Assembly (NCBI GenBank): GCA_951406725.2
Contig: OX597826.1
Location: forward strand, 69,998,001 to 70,062,000
Reading direction: 5' to 3'
DNA: 64,000 nucleotides
DNA from: Octopus vulgaris
Taxonomy: Eukaryota
The notes below the pieces were generated by a model, which was not told where the DNA came from, did not search any database, and saw nothing but the letters and a program-made list of their open reading frames with translations. Position numbers and translations under genes: made by a program. Of the stretch, positions 27,105-40,927 are shown in pieces. Positions within the stretch are counted from its first letter, which is position 1; every line of letters starts with the position of its first letter.

Positions 27105-27615
27105 GTGAATATGCATGTACGATGTGTATGTATATATATGTATATATCTATACACACAAAGATAAATTCATTGAAGATAACTAACCATCAGTTACTGTAC
27201 ATAGCATTCTCTATGCGCTAAAAACGGTCAACAGCTTGCGACTAATTAATAAAGTCTGTGTAATGTTAAACCGCGCCCTGTTTCCTAAAGGGGAACAGAA
27301 ATGTCAAGAAATAAATGTGGAAAAGTAAATACAAGGTGGGGAAGGGGTAATTATTGTGTGTGACACATTACGGCATGCAGCATCGTGTAAAATAGTTTCG
27401 CCGAGTAAATATAGATTGTGGTTAATTGCGTTACGAAGGAGAGCAGAAAGGGGAAGTAATCTGTATTGTCTATAAGTACGAAGCTTCATTGTATAAGAAG
27501 AAAAAAAATCCGTCGAAATGACACAAGCAGCAAATGTTTATATATAACGATTTTTTTAAGTGTGCAAAAAAACTGATAGGTGGCTCTCGGTTGCTGTTGT
27601 TGTAGCTTAGACATG

Positions 27616-27739
27616 AGGGCGCGTGGCTTAGTGGTTAGGGCATTCGGATCATGATCGTTAGGTTGTGAGTTCGATTTCCGGTGACGCGTTGTGTCCTTGA
27701 GCAAGACACTTTATTTTGCGTTGCTCCAGTCCACTCAGC

Positions 27740-27740
<1 letters not shown>
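27616..27740 (+). mobile_element. SINE family C 5' part (head locally duplicated at ~28007-28047)
   Basis: GGGCGCGTGGCTTAGTGGTTAGGGCATTCGG...GAGTTCGATTTCC...TGTGTCCTTGAGCAAGACACTT. Confidence 0.8.
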
Positions 27741-27785
<45 letters not shown>

Positions 27786-28342
27786 AAGCAACAAGACGGG
27801 TAAGGGTGATTAGGTGATGGTCTAGGGATTAGGGGCGGGAGACCCCCAGACCTTGGAAAAAATAAAAAACTTTGGTTGTCTTGTTGTAGTCGAGGGCTCT
27901 TCGTTGATACCCGACACCACTGGAAGGTGACTCTCAAAGTCGCTGGAAATGGAGATCTCCAGGTCTAAATTCTTGAACGGCTGCTGTTGTTGTAACTTAG
28001 ACTTGAGGGCGCATGGCTTAGTGGTTAGGGCATTCGGCTCATGATCGTGTTTGACAACCGGTGTTGGTTTGTTCACGTGTTTGTAACCTAGCGGTTCGGC
28101 AAAAGTACTGCAGTCGATTTGTTCCATTAAACCCTTCAAAGCAGTGCCCCAGCATGGCCGCAGTCCAATGACTAAATCAAGCAAATATCTCAGAACATAA
28201 CTAGTGTGTTCTTTTACCCAGGATATTTATCAAGCAAATAAATTTAATTAGTAGATTAATTTAATTAGTTAACTCTAACAAGGTAATACCGTCACAGCCG
28301 TGACCATCGCGTTTATTTCATACGTAATATTCTTTTAGTTAA

Positions 28343-28932
28343 GGCGGTGAGCAGGCAGAAACGTTAGCACGCCGGGCGAAATGTTTAGTTGTATTTCGTC
28401 TACCGTTAGGTTCTGAGTTCGTATTCCACCTAAGTCGACTTTGCCTTTCATCCTTTCGGGGTCGATTAAATAAGTACTAGTTACGCACTGGGGTAGATGT
28501 AATCGACTTAATCCGTTTGTCTGTCCTTGTTTATCCCTTCTGTATGTAGCCCCTTGTGGGTATTAAAGAAATAGGTATTTCGTCTGACGCTACGTTCTGA
28601 GTTCAAATTCCGCCGAGGTCGACTTTGCCTTTCATCCTTTCGGGGTCGATAAATTGAGTACCAGTTACGCACTGGGGTCGATGTAATCGACTTAATCCCT
28701 TTGTCTGTCCTTGTTTGTCCCCTCTATGTTTATCCCCTTGTGGGCAATAAAGAAATGAGAAAAGTTAGCACGCCGGACGAAAATGTTCTGAGTTCAAATT
28801 CTGTCGAGGTCGACTTTGCCTTTCAGCCTTTCGGGGTCGATAAATTCAGTACCAGTTGCGTACTGGGGTCGATGTAATCGACTCGTCCCTTCTCCAAACA
28901 TTTCGCGCTTTGTGCCTAGAGTAGAAAGGAAT
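28343..28932 (+). mobile_element. SINE family B nested trimer
   Basis: Unit 1 has the Tx1-like tail and is followed by GGTATTTCG. Unit 2 has the Tx1-like tail and is followed by AGAAAAGTTAGC. Unit 3 has the alternative tail. Confidence 0.9.
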
Positions 28933-29171
28933 TAATCCTCAAAGGAACCTGCTTGAGCCTACAATCTGTAAGTTCGAACTCTGCGGACGTATAGTTCAAA
29001 TACAACCGCCTTCCGATTTCATCCTCCTTGTTTCCCTTTCTGCTATCTTCACAATCCACATTCCGTCTGCATATTCTTTCTACGTGGTCCTTTATATTTT
29101 TACAAACGCTTCATGGACCAAAAAGTGAAATTTCGAGTCGCACTAATCAAGACCCAGCCTCGATTAAATTT

Positions 29172-29650
29172 ATATAATAATAATAATAATGTCAGAAAGT
29201 GCATATAAAGTACATGCAGTAATGTAAAAATGTCTGGAAAGCGAACAATGTATGAGTCAGATACATGCTTGTGTGTGTATGGAGGGGAGAAAATCAAGTG
29301 TAGTGTTGGTGAATCTCAGGAAGCATGGAAGTTTTGAAGGATGCAGTGCTCCAACAACTAACAACTGATGCCGGCAGTTTGTTCCATGCTTCAGCAACTC
29401 TCAGCGTGAAAAAATGTTTCCTGAAGTCATGGGAGCTGTGCTGTTTTCTGACTTTGTAAATATGTCCACGGGTGTTAGATGGGTGGAGTTTGAAAAGGTG
29501 CTCAGAGTTATTGTTTGTAAGATGGTTGAGAATTTTATGGGTGTCTGCCAAGTCAGCTGCCAGACGTCGGAGTTTCAATGTGTCCATGCCCAGGGAAGTA
29601 AAGCGTTCAGGATATGGCAAATGCCTGATGGAGGGTATTCTTTTGGTTTC
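29172..29650 (-). mobile_element. CR1/L2-group LINE 3' end with 3' UTR and (ATT)n tail
   Basis: YPERFTSLGMDTLKLRRLAADLADTHKIL...TRGHIYKV...RKHFFTLRVAEAWNKLP...SFK is the CR1 C-terminal signature. Confidence 0.9.
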
Positions 29651-29690
29651 CTCGAAAGGCAGCTTCAGACGTTTGGAAATGCAATATTTT

Positions 29691-30111
29691 GGATCTTTTC
29701 GGTTTGAACGGCAATTTTTTAAAATAATTTCTAGGTAACTTCGTATACTGGTAGAATGTGTTCATAAAACATCTTTTTCTTTTGGCTTTATTGAGAAAAT
29801 TCTATAGTTTGTAGGATATTTGTTGTTTTTTTTCTACAATTTCTCCAATTTCAACTAGTCAATGGCGTGTATTGAGGTAAAAAAACATTCTGTGCCGTAT
29901 GAATATGTCCCTCGTTTAAGAAAGAGATTGGGTTTATTTACATGTATGAAGAAAAAAAACATACCCTTCCTCCCACCCCTAACCCTAACCCTAACTAACC
30001 CTAACCCTAAAACAGATTGAAATGCAATAGATCGATACTAGGGTCATAATTATGGGTGACAATTTCATATGACACCGCTAGAAAAAACTGCCGTTCAAAC
30101 CGAAAAGATCC
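29691..30111. mobile_element. 421-bp MITE with 30-bp TIRs, 7-bp TSD and internal (CCCTAA)n
   Basis: TIRs GGATCTTTTCGGTTTGAACGGCAATTTTTT and AAAAAACTGCCGTTCAAACCGAAAAGATCC. ATATTTT on both flanks. Telomere-like hexamers at ~29977-30010. Confidence 0.9.
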
Positions 30112-30748
30112 ATATTTTTCTTTTTGGGGCACAGCTCCCTCTTTCACTCTATTCCAACCAATTTCACATCTAGCTTCCAATATTCTGATAACCTTATACT
30201 ACTAAATACACCGCCTGATGGGTGAGACGGTGCTAGAAATAGGACGTTCTGTAGCGAACGACTTATTATGAAGTAAGATCACGCATATTTCATTTATATT
30301 GCGTATCAAAGGTTAACTCTGTCGGTTTATTCTTTCCCGCTATAGTCATAATATTATAGCCCCCAAATATTTAATAACTTATATGAATATTTGTCGAACA
30401 CTTTGGTGAAAAATATCTCGCTTAGACTAATTATGGTATACCCTGTGGAGTACGTACGAGTCTTGTTACCGAGAGTATATATGCGTGTGTACGTCTCTCT
30501 CCTTATCTCTCCCTATCTATCTCTCTCTCTCTCTCTCTCTCTCTTGCTATGTGCGTGAGTGCATGTGTGTGTGCGTCTGTGTGTGTGTGTGAGAGAGAGA
30601 GAGAGAGTGAGAGAGGAGGAGAGAGGAGGAGATAGAGATGGTGCTGTATCTCGCGTACAAAGTGGTTATTAACTAGAGAAATATGAAGACCAACCTTGTA
30701 GCAAATCCATTTAGTGATTTACATACACTTAGACACACGTACACACAC

Positions 30749-30798
<50 letters not shown>

Positions 30799-31466
30799 TC
30801 AGACTCTCTCTCTCTCTCTCACACACACACATACATACACACACACTCACTCATGCGCTCATACACACACACATAAGACTACACAAATTATACACTTACC
30901 CTCAGACACACACACACACACACACACACAGGCACACAGATACACGCACACACCATTATATTCGCTAAATACACATATACTTAAATACGCGTGTATAAAT
31001 ACAATTACACAAATGGAGATACACAGTCACAAACATACACACACACACACACACACTCACACACACTCACACAGACGTTCACGCACACATAAGAATACAC
31101 AGATCATACACACATGCACACATATATACGCACATTCCTACACATACAGACATACACATATACACATATACACAAGTGCACAATTACAAAAATATACACG
31201 CATTCATATTATTTGTGCATATGTGCGTATATATGAGCGATTATGTATTCGCACGAGAGGATGCGTGTATATGTTTGTATCTACTTGTATGTGGGTATGT
31301 GTATATGTGTATGTATGTATGTATGTATGTATGTATGTATGTATGTATGTGTATGTGTGTATGTGTACGTGTGTATGTGTATGTACGTTGGTAAATGCGT
31401 GTACGATGCTGTATCGGTATATACACTGATATAGAAGTGTTTATCCTTACGCATGTATGTAAATGC

Positions 31467-31499
<33 letters not shown>

Positions 31500-31749
31500 T
31501 GTATGTATGTGTATATGTATGTATATATGTATGTATGTATGTATGTATATATGTATGTATGTATATATGTATGTATGTATATATTTATGTATATATGTAT
31601 GTATGTATGTATATATGTATGTATATAGAAGTGTATATCCGTACGCATGTATGTAAATGTATGTATGCATATGTATATATGTATGTATATATGTATGTAT
31701 GCATGTATGTATGTATGTATGTACGTATGTATGTATGTATGTATGTATG

Positions 31750-31783
<34 letters not shown>

Positions 31784-32086
31784 TGTATGTATGTATGTAT
31801 GTATGTATGTATGTATGTATGTATGTATGTTTATGTATTTATGTGTGTATATGTACGCCCGTAGTATAATATATATATATGCTGTACTCTCTATGCAAAC
31901 AGCAGAGTCCGTCAGACCTAACTTTCAACAAATCGATGGAAATAGCAAAGCTAAACATTACTGGATGAATTGTATCAGGATTCCTGTCTAAGATGGCGGC
32001 GGAGCAATAGCGAAGGGGAGCAGGACGGCGGAATAGATGCGTGCTTGCTGTTGTTCTTGCTGTTCTTGCTGTTTTCGTAGTTGTTG

Positions 32087-32107
32087 TTCTTCTTTTCCTT
32101 CTTCTTC

Positions 32108-32139
<32 letters not shown>

Positions 32140-32420
32140 CTTCTTCTTCTTCTTCTTCTTCTTCTTCTTCTTCTTCTTCTTCCTTCTTCTTCTTGTTCTT
32201 CCTCTTCCTTCTTCTTCTTGTTCTTCCTCTTCCTTCCTTTCTTCTTCTTCTTCTTCCTCTTCCTTCTTTTCCTCCTCCTCCTCCTCTTCCTTCCTTTCTT
32301 CTTCTTCTTCTTCTTCCTCTTCCTTCTTTTCTTCTTCTTCTTCTTCTTTTCCTTCTTTTTCTTCTTCTTCTTCTTCTTCTTCTTCTTCTTCTTCTTCTTC
32401 TTCTTCTTCTTCTTCTTCTT
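32087..32420. repeat. (TTC)n polypyrimidine tract
   Basis: Read directly from the sequence. Confidence 0.95.
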
Positions 32421-32629
32421 TAGCCCCATTCTAGCCTTGACCCCAAACACCCGCGATCAAAAACATTCAAACAATAACCACCCAGTCTCGCTGTTTCTCC
32501 GATTCCCCTTCTCCTATTACCCCCCACCTCGGACTGTATTATCTAACGTGCCCTTCATTTCTTGCTGTTCAACGTTAGGTCAGCACAAATCTTACAGGAC
32601 CTGGGATTCACATATGGATACATACATCG

Positions 32630-32950
32630 GGCACTCCGTCGGTTACGATGACGAGGGTTCCAGTTGATCCGATCAACAGAACAGCCTGCTCGTGATATTA
32701 ACGTGCAAGTGGCTGAGCACCCCACAGACACGCGTACACTTAACGTAGTTAACTGGGAACTTCAACGTGACACAGAATGTGACAAAGCTGGCCCTTTTGA
32801 AATACAGGTACTACTCATTTTTGCCAGCTAAGTGGACTGCAACAATGTGAAACAAAGTGTCTTGCTCAAGGACACAACAGGTCGCCGGGAATTGAACTCA
32901 CGACCCTCCGATCGTGAGCCGAATGCCCTAACCACCTAAGCTACGCGCCT
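32630..32950 (-). mobile_element. SINE family C, full length
   Basis: GGCGCGTAGCTTAGGTGGTTAGGGCATTCGG...GAGTTCAATTCCC...CAGTCCACTTAGCTGGCAAAAATGAGTAG...AACCCTCGTCATCGTAACCGACGGAGTGCC. Confidence 0.85.
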
Positions 32951-33100
32951 TCACTTGGATACATACAAACACGCATACATACATAATACATACATACATA
33001 TATATATATATACATAGATGGATGCCACTTGAGGGGAGTATGGATGCTATTATCGTTTCACTCTCTATCTCCCTCCCTCTTTCTCTCTCTTTCTCTCTCA

Positions 33101-33139
<39 letters not shown>

Positions 33140-33262
33140 CATATATATACATACATATATATATACATACACATATATACATATATAATATACACGCACG
33201 TATATATACATATATGTGTGCGTGTGTGTTCATGTGTCTGCGAGAAGGAAGCAAAATGTCTT

Positions 33263-33327
<65 letters not shown>

Positions 33328-34080
33328 TATTTAACTTTAGGTGAACCCTAACCCAACGCATCAACTATCGAAGACGTTCCACAAGTGACCACTTTGTCAT
33401 TTCTTTTAATTTCTTTTCCTTTCTTTTTTCTTATTTATTTGTCAGACATGGAATATTCAATGTCCCTTTTCTAGAAAAAAAGCAAAAACACAAAACAAAG
33501 AAATAATGTGATTTGAGAGGCATTTAGCTGCGATGTCTAGCAAAGCAACTTGCTACATAAAAATAATTAAAAAAAAAAAACCTCTTCTCTTACACGCTCG
33601 TTACATCGTGGGTTTTTAATAGTATGTGACTTTCATTCACGTGGCTGGTTTTGGGCAAGGAATACATTAATATTTTAAAGAAAATCTCGTGATTCTGTAA
33701 ATCTGTCCGTATAACAAACTATGTTGCGTTCATTCCTGCGTTGTGAAGGAATTGAAATCAATAGAATTCAAGAACTAGATGGATCTTGTTCGCTCTGGCC
33801 TGCATGGATCAAAAATAGATGCAACTTTTCCTATGTAATCAATACCGTAGTAGTTGCGATTAAAATTATGGTCGTATTTTATTATATGTATGGAAACCGC
33901 AAGGGGAAACAACGATTGGTTGATTGGTATGGATTCTTGCAATGCTGGCACATCAGAATAATGTTTCGTGATGATATCTATCTGCAAAACTTGGCTAGGA
34001 TTTCCATTTGGATCTACTGTCAGCGGATACGTCTGTTCGGTTTGTCAGGTTGTATAATAGTTTCGTATATATCCAAGGAC

Positions 34081-34172
<92 letters not shown>

Positions 34173-34320
34173 GTATTATGTGTAAGGAAATAATCAGGTA
34201 TTATTTGCTTACAAATATTGCATATATATAAACGGATAAATCGACAGAGAGACAGATAGATAGAGAGACAGGAAGACGGAAGGACGGACGAAGATAGCTA
34301 GACAGATAGACAGAGAGAAG

Positions 34321-34481
34321 ATATGTTTCTTTATTAGCCACACAGGGCTGAATACAGAGGGGACAAGTTACAAAGTTGAGCTTTTCTTTTGGGGCAGAAA
34401 AGAAAGAAAAAAAGAAGTGAGGTAGGTTTTCGATCAAAAGGGATCGTAAAATAGAAACAAAAAAAAACGATCAATAGGGAT
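34321..34481 (-). mobile_element. Tx1-like LINE 3' UTR stub in GATA/TATC repeats
   Basis: Reverse complement matches the 3' UTR of 53801-55576 and ends GTGGCTAATAAAGAAACATAT. (GATA)n lies directly on one side and degenerate GATA/GACA on the other. Confidence 0.85.
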
Positions 34482-34581
<100 letters not shown>

Positions 34582-35139
34582 TAGATAGATATACGTGCCG
34601 ATCATAAAGCTGAATGTGTGAAAGCCGAATTTAAATGACCTAAAAATCTGAAAGCCATGATCTTAAAATACCGAATGGTTCAGAACATAATTTTAAAATA
34701 TTTTAACGGAAAATAATGTCGCAGATGGTCTTAGAAGTCGTTCATTTACAATATTAAAACCATGTAGGAGCACGTACGTATCGTTCTTTCCTTTATTTTT
34801 AACATCAATTTGATGTCGTCTGCAGTGTCGTCTGCATAGTGTCGTCTGCATAACTGCTGAGTATGTTTGATTGCACGGTTTTGCCTAAGTAATCTGTCTT
34901 TGAAATCCTGGTTACCACATGACTACACACGCCCGCGCACGCACAGATATGTATACATACACATACACTCGCACACACGTATATGAACACAAACATTCTG
35001 ATACACACATACAAACGCGCGTTGATATCCACATATATCTATGTGTGTGAATACATGCGTATGTGTGGATGCTCGCAGTAAAGTATTTGATTGTTAATAA
35101 TGAAAGAAGGAGAGAACTCAATATGAGATACAGAGTATA

Positions 35140-35960
35140 GTGTTTATTTTTTTACCTATTTCTTTTCTCTCGCGGCACGAGTTTCACAGCCCCTTGGTCA
35201 TCAGGGGAACAATTTTTTTCCAGTATTCCAGGGTATTTTCATATATTTTAGAACGAATTCATTCTTTTGTTTATTCTATCGTGGTCATAAACCAGTCCAT
35301 AAACGTCGTTGTGTTGAGGCAGTGTCTAAGTTGTCGTTTTAACTTTCAATTCATCGGTGACCGGGGTTCTCACATATTTTGAATTCATGTCCGTTTTATA
35401 AATATCCTGTAAACCCTTTTGCATTTCTATTTGACAATTCGATGGTTGATCTGGATTTGGTTGTTCATTCTATAATCATATCCAGTTTCACAAAAAAATT
35501 GTGAAAGCGGATCGTAGTTTGGTAAGAACTTGAAAGATTTGTGGTGCTCCAGTTGATATGTTACGGACGATGGGACAAACGTTAATGTTATACACAATCA
35601 AATGCTACAATCTTTTGCTGCTTGTTGTGTACGAAAAAAATAAATTCTTGATTTTTGTTCCCGCAGTTTCCTGATTGCTCGTGTCCTTGATAATTCGTAA
35701 AATGGTTATGGTTAGGTATAATTAGAGGATGGACAAACAAAAATTCTTTGCCGTATTTTCTTTAATATACTTAACTCTCTGGAATCATATCTTGCTGGGA
35801 CCTTTTCATCTCTCGTCTTGCCAGTGCCTCGATAAAATAGAGAGTCAGTTAAATATTAGGTTTCAAGTAATCGAATGTATCCCGTCCTTCAGAAAAGAGC
35901 TTCAGTCGAGAAACTTTAAACTACCTCACAGTTTTTGTCTCTGCATTGCCAAACATACTG
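35140..35960 (-). mobile_element. Possible very degenerate Penelope-like relic ending in a hammerhead-like motif
   Basis: Only weak peptide hints (NGHEFKICEN). CTGATGA...GAAACTCG...CGAG at 35160-35209 is followed by AATAAA. Confidence 0.35.
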
Positions 35961-36587
35961 CGTTGTTGTTTTGTACATCACGTAACAGGGGGCTCAGTGG
36001 GGGAAGAAATCGGAAACTGTGACATGGCGTTCATGTTGCTAATTTTTTTTGCTTTTTGTTTTTTGGGGTTTTTTGGGGTTTTTTTTTTCAATTTACCTTA
36101 GTGTATTGAGGAGATTTGCGATTTGCGAAGCGAAGTGAATTCAGTCGGGGATAGGAAACCAAGTCACAGTCTTTGATTTTGTAAAGTGCTTAACTTGTTG
36201 CTCTTCAACAATCGACAACTATTTTTATAAAATTACCATCTCAAGCTAACAATTATGGCGATCGATTTAGATAACGAAAAAAAAAAAGCAAAAGAAAAAG
36301 AAAAAAGAAGAAGAAAAAGAGAAAGAAAAAGACTAAATGTAAATATCCAATATCATGGCGTCCATTTTATAGCGAAATTACAAGAGAACATGCAATTGTC
36401 CTCGACTCATCAAAGCTTGCTAGATCTCTCCGGGTTCATTATTCTGCAGAATTCAGAAACGCCTCCAGTCCACCATTAATGAAGGCCGCGCGCTCGGTCG
36501 CACGCGATTGCGTATAAGGGCCACACATTTTCGGCTTCTATTTCTTCATTACACACTGTTTCACCATTATCACACACACACACACAC

Positions 36588-36637
<50 letters not shown>

Positions 36638-36653
36638 CTTCTCTCTCTCTTTC

Positions 36654-36688
<35 letters not shown>

Positions 36689-37014
36689 ACTGTCTCTCTT
36701 CACTTTCTTTCTCTCTCGTTCGTTCTCTCATTCTCACCTTCGCGTTTCTTTCAATTTATACCTGTCTTTTTTTTTCTAATCTATCTACCTATTGATTGAT
36801 CGATCGATCGATCTATACATCTAACTATCTATCTATATCTATACGCTTTATCACTCTACTGCTTTAGTACAATCAATAAAGATTGTTTTGCATATTGAGA
36901 AGTAAAAAAAAAAGATACTTTGAGACTATCGTAAAATCATTGGTTGTTAATCTCTCTTTCTCCGCTCTCTCACATTCTTCCTCTCTCGCTTTGTACACGC
37001 ACACACACACACAC

Positions 37015-37086
<72 letters not shown>

Positions 37087-37133
37087 TATACGTATGTATA
37101 TGCGTATATATGTGTGCGTGTGTGTATGCGTGC

Positions 37134-37171
<38 letters not shown>

Positions 37172-37894
37172 CACACACATATATTTATACACACATATAT
37201 ATACACATATATATATACATATATATGTGTGTGTGTGTGTATGCATGTATATGTATATATATATGCATGCATACAAGCATATACATGTCTGCGTGCGGTG
37301 TGTATATGTGTATATGTATATGTGTATGTGTGTGTGTGTGTGTGTGTGCGTGAGTGTGCGTGTGTGTGTGCGCGCGCGAGTATGTGCGTGTGTGTGCGTG
37401 TGTGTGTGCGTGTGTGTGTAGTATACACACTCACAATACCGATATAAATACACATAAACTTTCAGACATACACGCGCGCGTGTGTGTGTCGGTGTGTATT
37501 CAGGTAGACAGATACATTGCTACCAAGACTCAATCCGTTGTCACTTCACATTTATCAAGCCGTGTTCGGTTTATGGAATGTTTGTGAGTTCGTTTCTTGC
37601 TTGAGGCAGTGTTTGTCACATATTTCCTTCTTAAATTATTTTCTCCCTCTCGTCTTACTTTTATTCTTTTTCCTCGGGAAATGCAAAAAGGTAATAGATT
37701 TGTTGGCAAACATTCTTCGCTGTCAAATATAATTCTCAAGTTTTTTTCTTTTTTTTTTCTTAAATTTAATGATTTATTTATTCTATGATTCACTCAACGG
37801 CAAGAGACTGCTTCTAATAGCTTCGCAGGTGATACTCATCTCGAAATCCCTGCAAGTCGTCGCCTGCCGCAAATATATATATATATACAAAATT

Positions 37895-38069
37895 TATAGG
37901 CCTGACCACTAAAAGTGGACAGCTTATATGCTAAACATAGACGTCAAATCGCCTCACTACCAGTAACACCCCTTATTTTTCGAGCACCTTCTGGAGTATT
38001 CGAGTGGTTCCAAGCAGTGCTGTTTTCTGCAAGTGTTCCTCCCTTATTGCGGCCCTTATTCGTTCCATG

Positions 38070-38139
<70 letters not shown>

Positions 38140-38715
38140 GATTATTATTAAAGAAGACCCTTTATTCGTGGAAGTTGGGGTTCCTTGTCACACGTCAAAA
38201 ATGATCCAAGGTTTGTTAGATGAGAATGGCATTAAAAAGCTTCCATGGCCAAGCCAGTCACCAGATATGGACCCTATTGAACAGCTATGGAATATAATAC
38301 AGGATAATTTATAGAAAGAACAAGAAAGTATCTTCAAAGCCAGATCTTTTGAGATTACTGCATGAAACTTGGCAAGAAATTCCGCAAGAGAATATTCGTC
38401 ATCTGATGAGTAACATGCCGAATAGGGTCCTTGCATTGAAAAATGCAAGGGGCATGTCTACTAAATATTAAATATTAAATATTCTCATTATAATCATTTT
38501 ACGATAGTCTCACAGTATCTTTTTTTTTACTTCTCAATATGCAAAACAATCTTTATTGATTGTACTAAAGCAGTAGAGTGATAAAGCGTATAGATATAGA
38601 TAGATAGTTAGATGTATAGATCGATCGATCAATCAATTTGATTGTATAATTTCAGATTTAAATCATTTTAAAGGATTATAAGGGTGTCTATTTACTTCTG
38701 TCATGTTTTTGCATA
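37895..38715 (+). mobile_element. Internally deleted Tc1-like transposon relic
   Basis: PCHTSKMIQGLLDENGIKKLPWPSQSPDMDPIEQLWNII followed by a ...GMSTKY*-type end. These are Tc1 C-terminal motifs. Confidence 0.8.
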
Positions 38716-38727
38716 TATACAAACACA

Positions 38728-38947
38728 TCCGAGCGAGTGCTGAAAATTACCTGGCTTTGGGTAAAGGAAAATATGGGAGGATCAGTTAATTATGACTTTA
38801 TTCGACATATTCCTCTCTCAGATTGACACATATCGTTTGTGGTCCTTCAGTATTTCAAAACCCTGTAAAAGAACTCGGAAAGTTGGTCCTCCAGCCAGCA
38901 CTTTCGCAACACCCTTAAAGCCAGGAACTTTTCGGTACCCCTTCGTA
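38728..38947. mobile_element. Mariner-derived MITE
   Basis: TIRs GAGCGAGTGCTGAAAATTACCTGGCTTT and AAAGCCAGGAACTTTTCGGTACCCCTTCGTA. Confidence 0.75.
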
Positions 38948-39277
38948 TGTATGTGTGTGTGTGGTCGGTAGTGGTGATCGTGGTCGTGATGGTGGTGGAG
39001 GAGGTGGAAGTGGTAATGGCAAACGATCTAATCTACGTATCGAACCAAGGTGACTATGTTTCCATTGGTTTTTGAGTGTCAGTATTTTTCCATGCCGAGG
39101 TGGGATTCGAACTCAGTAGGAGGAAATTCTCGAGAGAGCTAAACAGCTACAGACCATCAGAGAAACCAATGCTGTAAAGTATCTCGATTAAGGCTCCAGC
39201 AATTTCGCCAAATCCACCGCTCCGAGCAGGTACTCTTCATCGATTCTAAAATGTCGAAAGGCAATGTGGATTTGGAT

Positions 39278-39373
<96 letters not shown>

Positions 39374-40864
39374 CTGTGTGTGTGTGTGAAGGCGCGCGTG
39401 TGTGTAAGGGTGCGCGTGTGTCCCAGTTGTTAGGATTTTGCACTCCCGATCGCAAGGTCGTGGTTTCGTTTCCCATACCGGGCGGCGCGGTGTGACTTCC
39501 AGCAAAACACCTCATTTCGCGTTTCTTCACTCCACTCTCAGCTGCAAATGAGTAAACTCTGCGACCGAACTCACCACCATTCCGTTCGAGTGGGAAATGC
39601 TGCCCCCCACCCCCACCCCAACTAGCCAGCAGGACTGGGATCATTTGGAAAGCTTCTGTAATGCGAGGAATCGAACTGGAAACAGCAGCGTGTAACACCA
39701 TATAGTCTTTAATTGATACAATGATGCACACACACACAAACAAACACACACATAAACACACACATAAATACACACACACAAATACACACACACACTTTCG
39801 TTTTATTTCAAAATTGCAAAATTCTATTTATAAAGATGTGAAATTCTTTGAATATTAACAAGTTGGAAAATTTTGCAATTATTTTCAAAAAAAGTCTACA
39901 TAATTTATATTAGACTCTGTAATTTAATCTAAATTAAATTAACTGTGAAATGTAGATACGTAACGAAAATTTATTTTAGTTGTAATTGGTATACGTATTA
40001 TAAAGGGAATAAAATGTATGCATATTATAAAAAAAAAAATTCTTGTTTTCCGCATAATTGTTTCGAATCAATAGGGTGTGTGCACACTATACCAGTTGTT
40101 ACTAAGAGCAATATATATATGCATAAGGAAAAAATTGTAGTGTTATTAAATTGAATAGGTGTCGTTTTTGGTTGAAGATATTAATATTGTAATAAGTTTC
40201 TGACCAACTACACACGGTGCAAATGGTATAATATAGGGAAAAAAAATACGCCTTGTGTTAGGTATTCCATCTACAGGAAATCTATTTATTGATAGATGTA
40301 TGAAACTTAGTAGAAGGGAAAAATATCAGGATATTGGTTTTTGAAAAACTGTTAATAAAGTTCTGTTTAAGGGAACTTGTGAAAATCTGAAGAAATAGAA
40401 TATAAAAAGTATGACTAAAAATCAAGCGGGTAAATTTAAAAGGAAAAAATGTGGGATTCGAGGATAAGGTGAAATAAGGTCTGAAATATATTAACACGAT
40501 TTAAGATATACAGAGAGATCGCCATATGGTTTTCTAACCTCCAAGCAGCAATATTCTTAAAAGAATGTGATAAATTGTGCTAACAGAAAAAAGGGTGATT
40601 TTTTTCCCCCTAACTTAATAATACTTTGAAATTTGTCTTTAAAGCTAAAATTAATCATAATATCCAAAAAAAATTATCAATATTTATCGATATTAGGCTA
40701 ATAATATACCTAAAGCTCCAGTTTGCAAAACCATATTTCCTCAGTTATTAACAATAATACCTGTAACCAACCAACGACTACTGCGTTTATCAAATTCAGG
40801 GATTTGTATTCGTAAGTTGATAAAACATCAGACTATCCCATACAGTCTCATATATATGTGTGGC

Positions 40865-40903
<39 letters not shown>

Positions 40904-40927
40904 TATGTGTGTGTGAATATATATATA

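Noticed and set aside
29977-30010. Telomere or chromosome-fusion scar
   Set aside because: Only about five hexamers, lying inside a TIR-bounded MITE.
31988-32010. AAGATGGCGGC YY1/start-codon-like motif
   Set aside because: The ORF stops after five codons and the motif is isolated.
33720-34075. Non-repetitive ORFs as a host exon or PLE N-terminus
   Set aside because: No recognisable motif or convincing splice-site pair.
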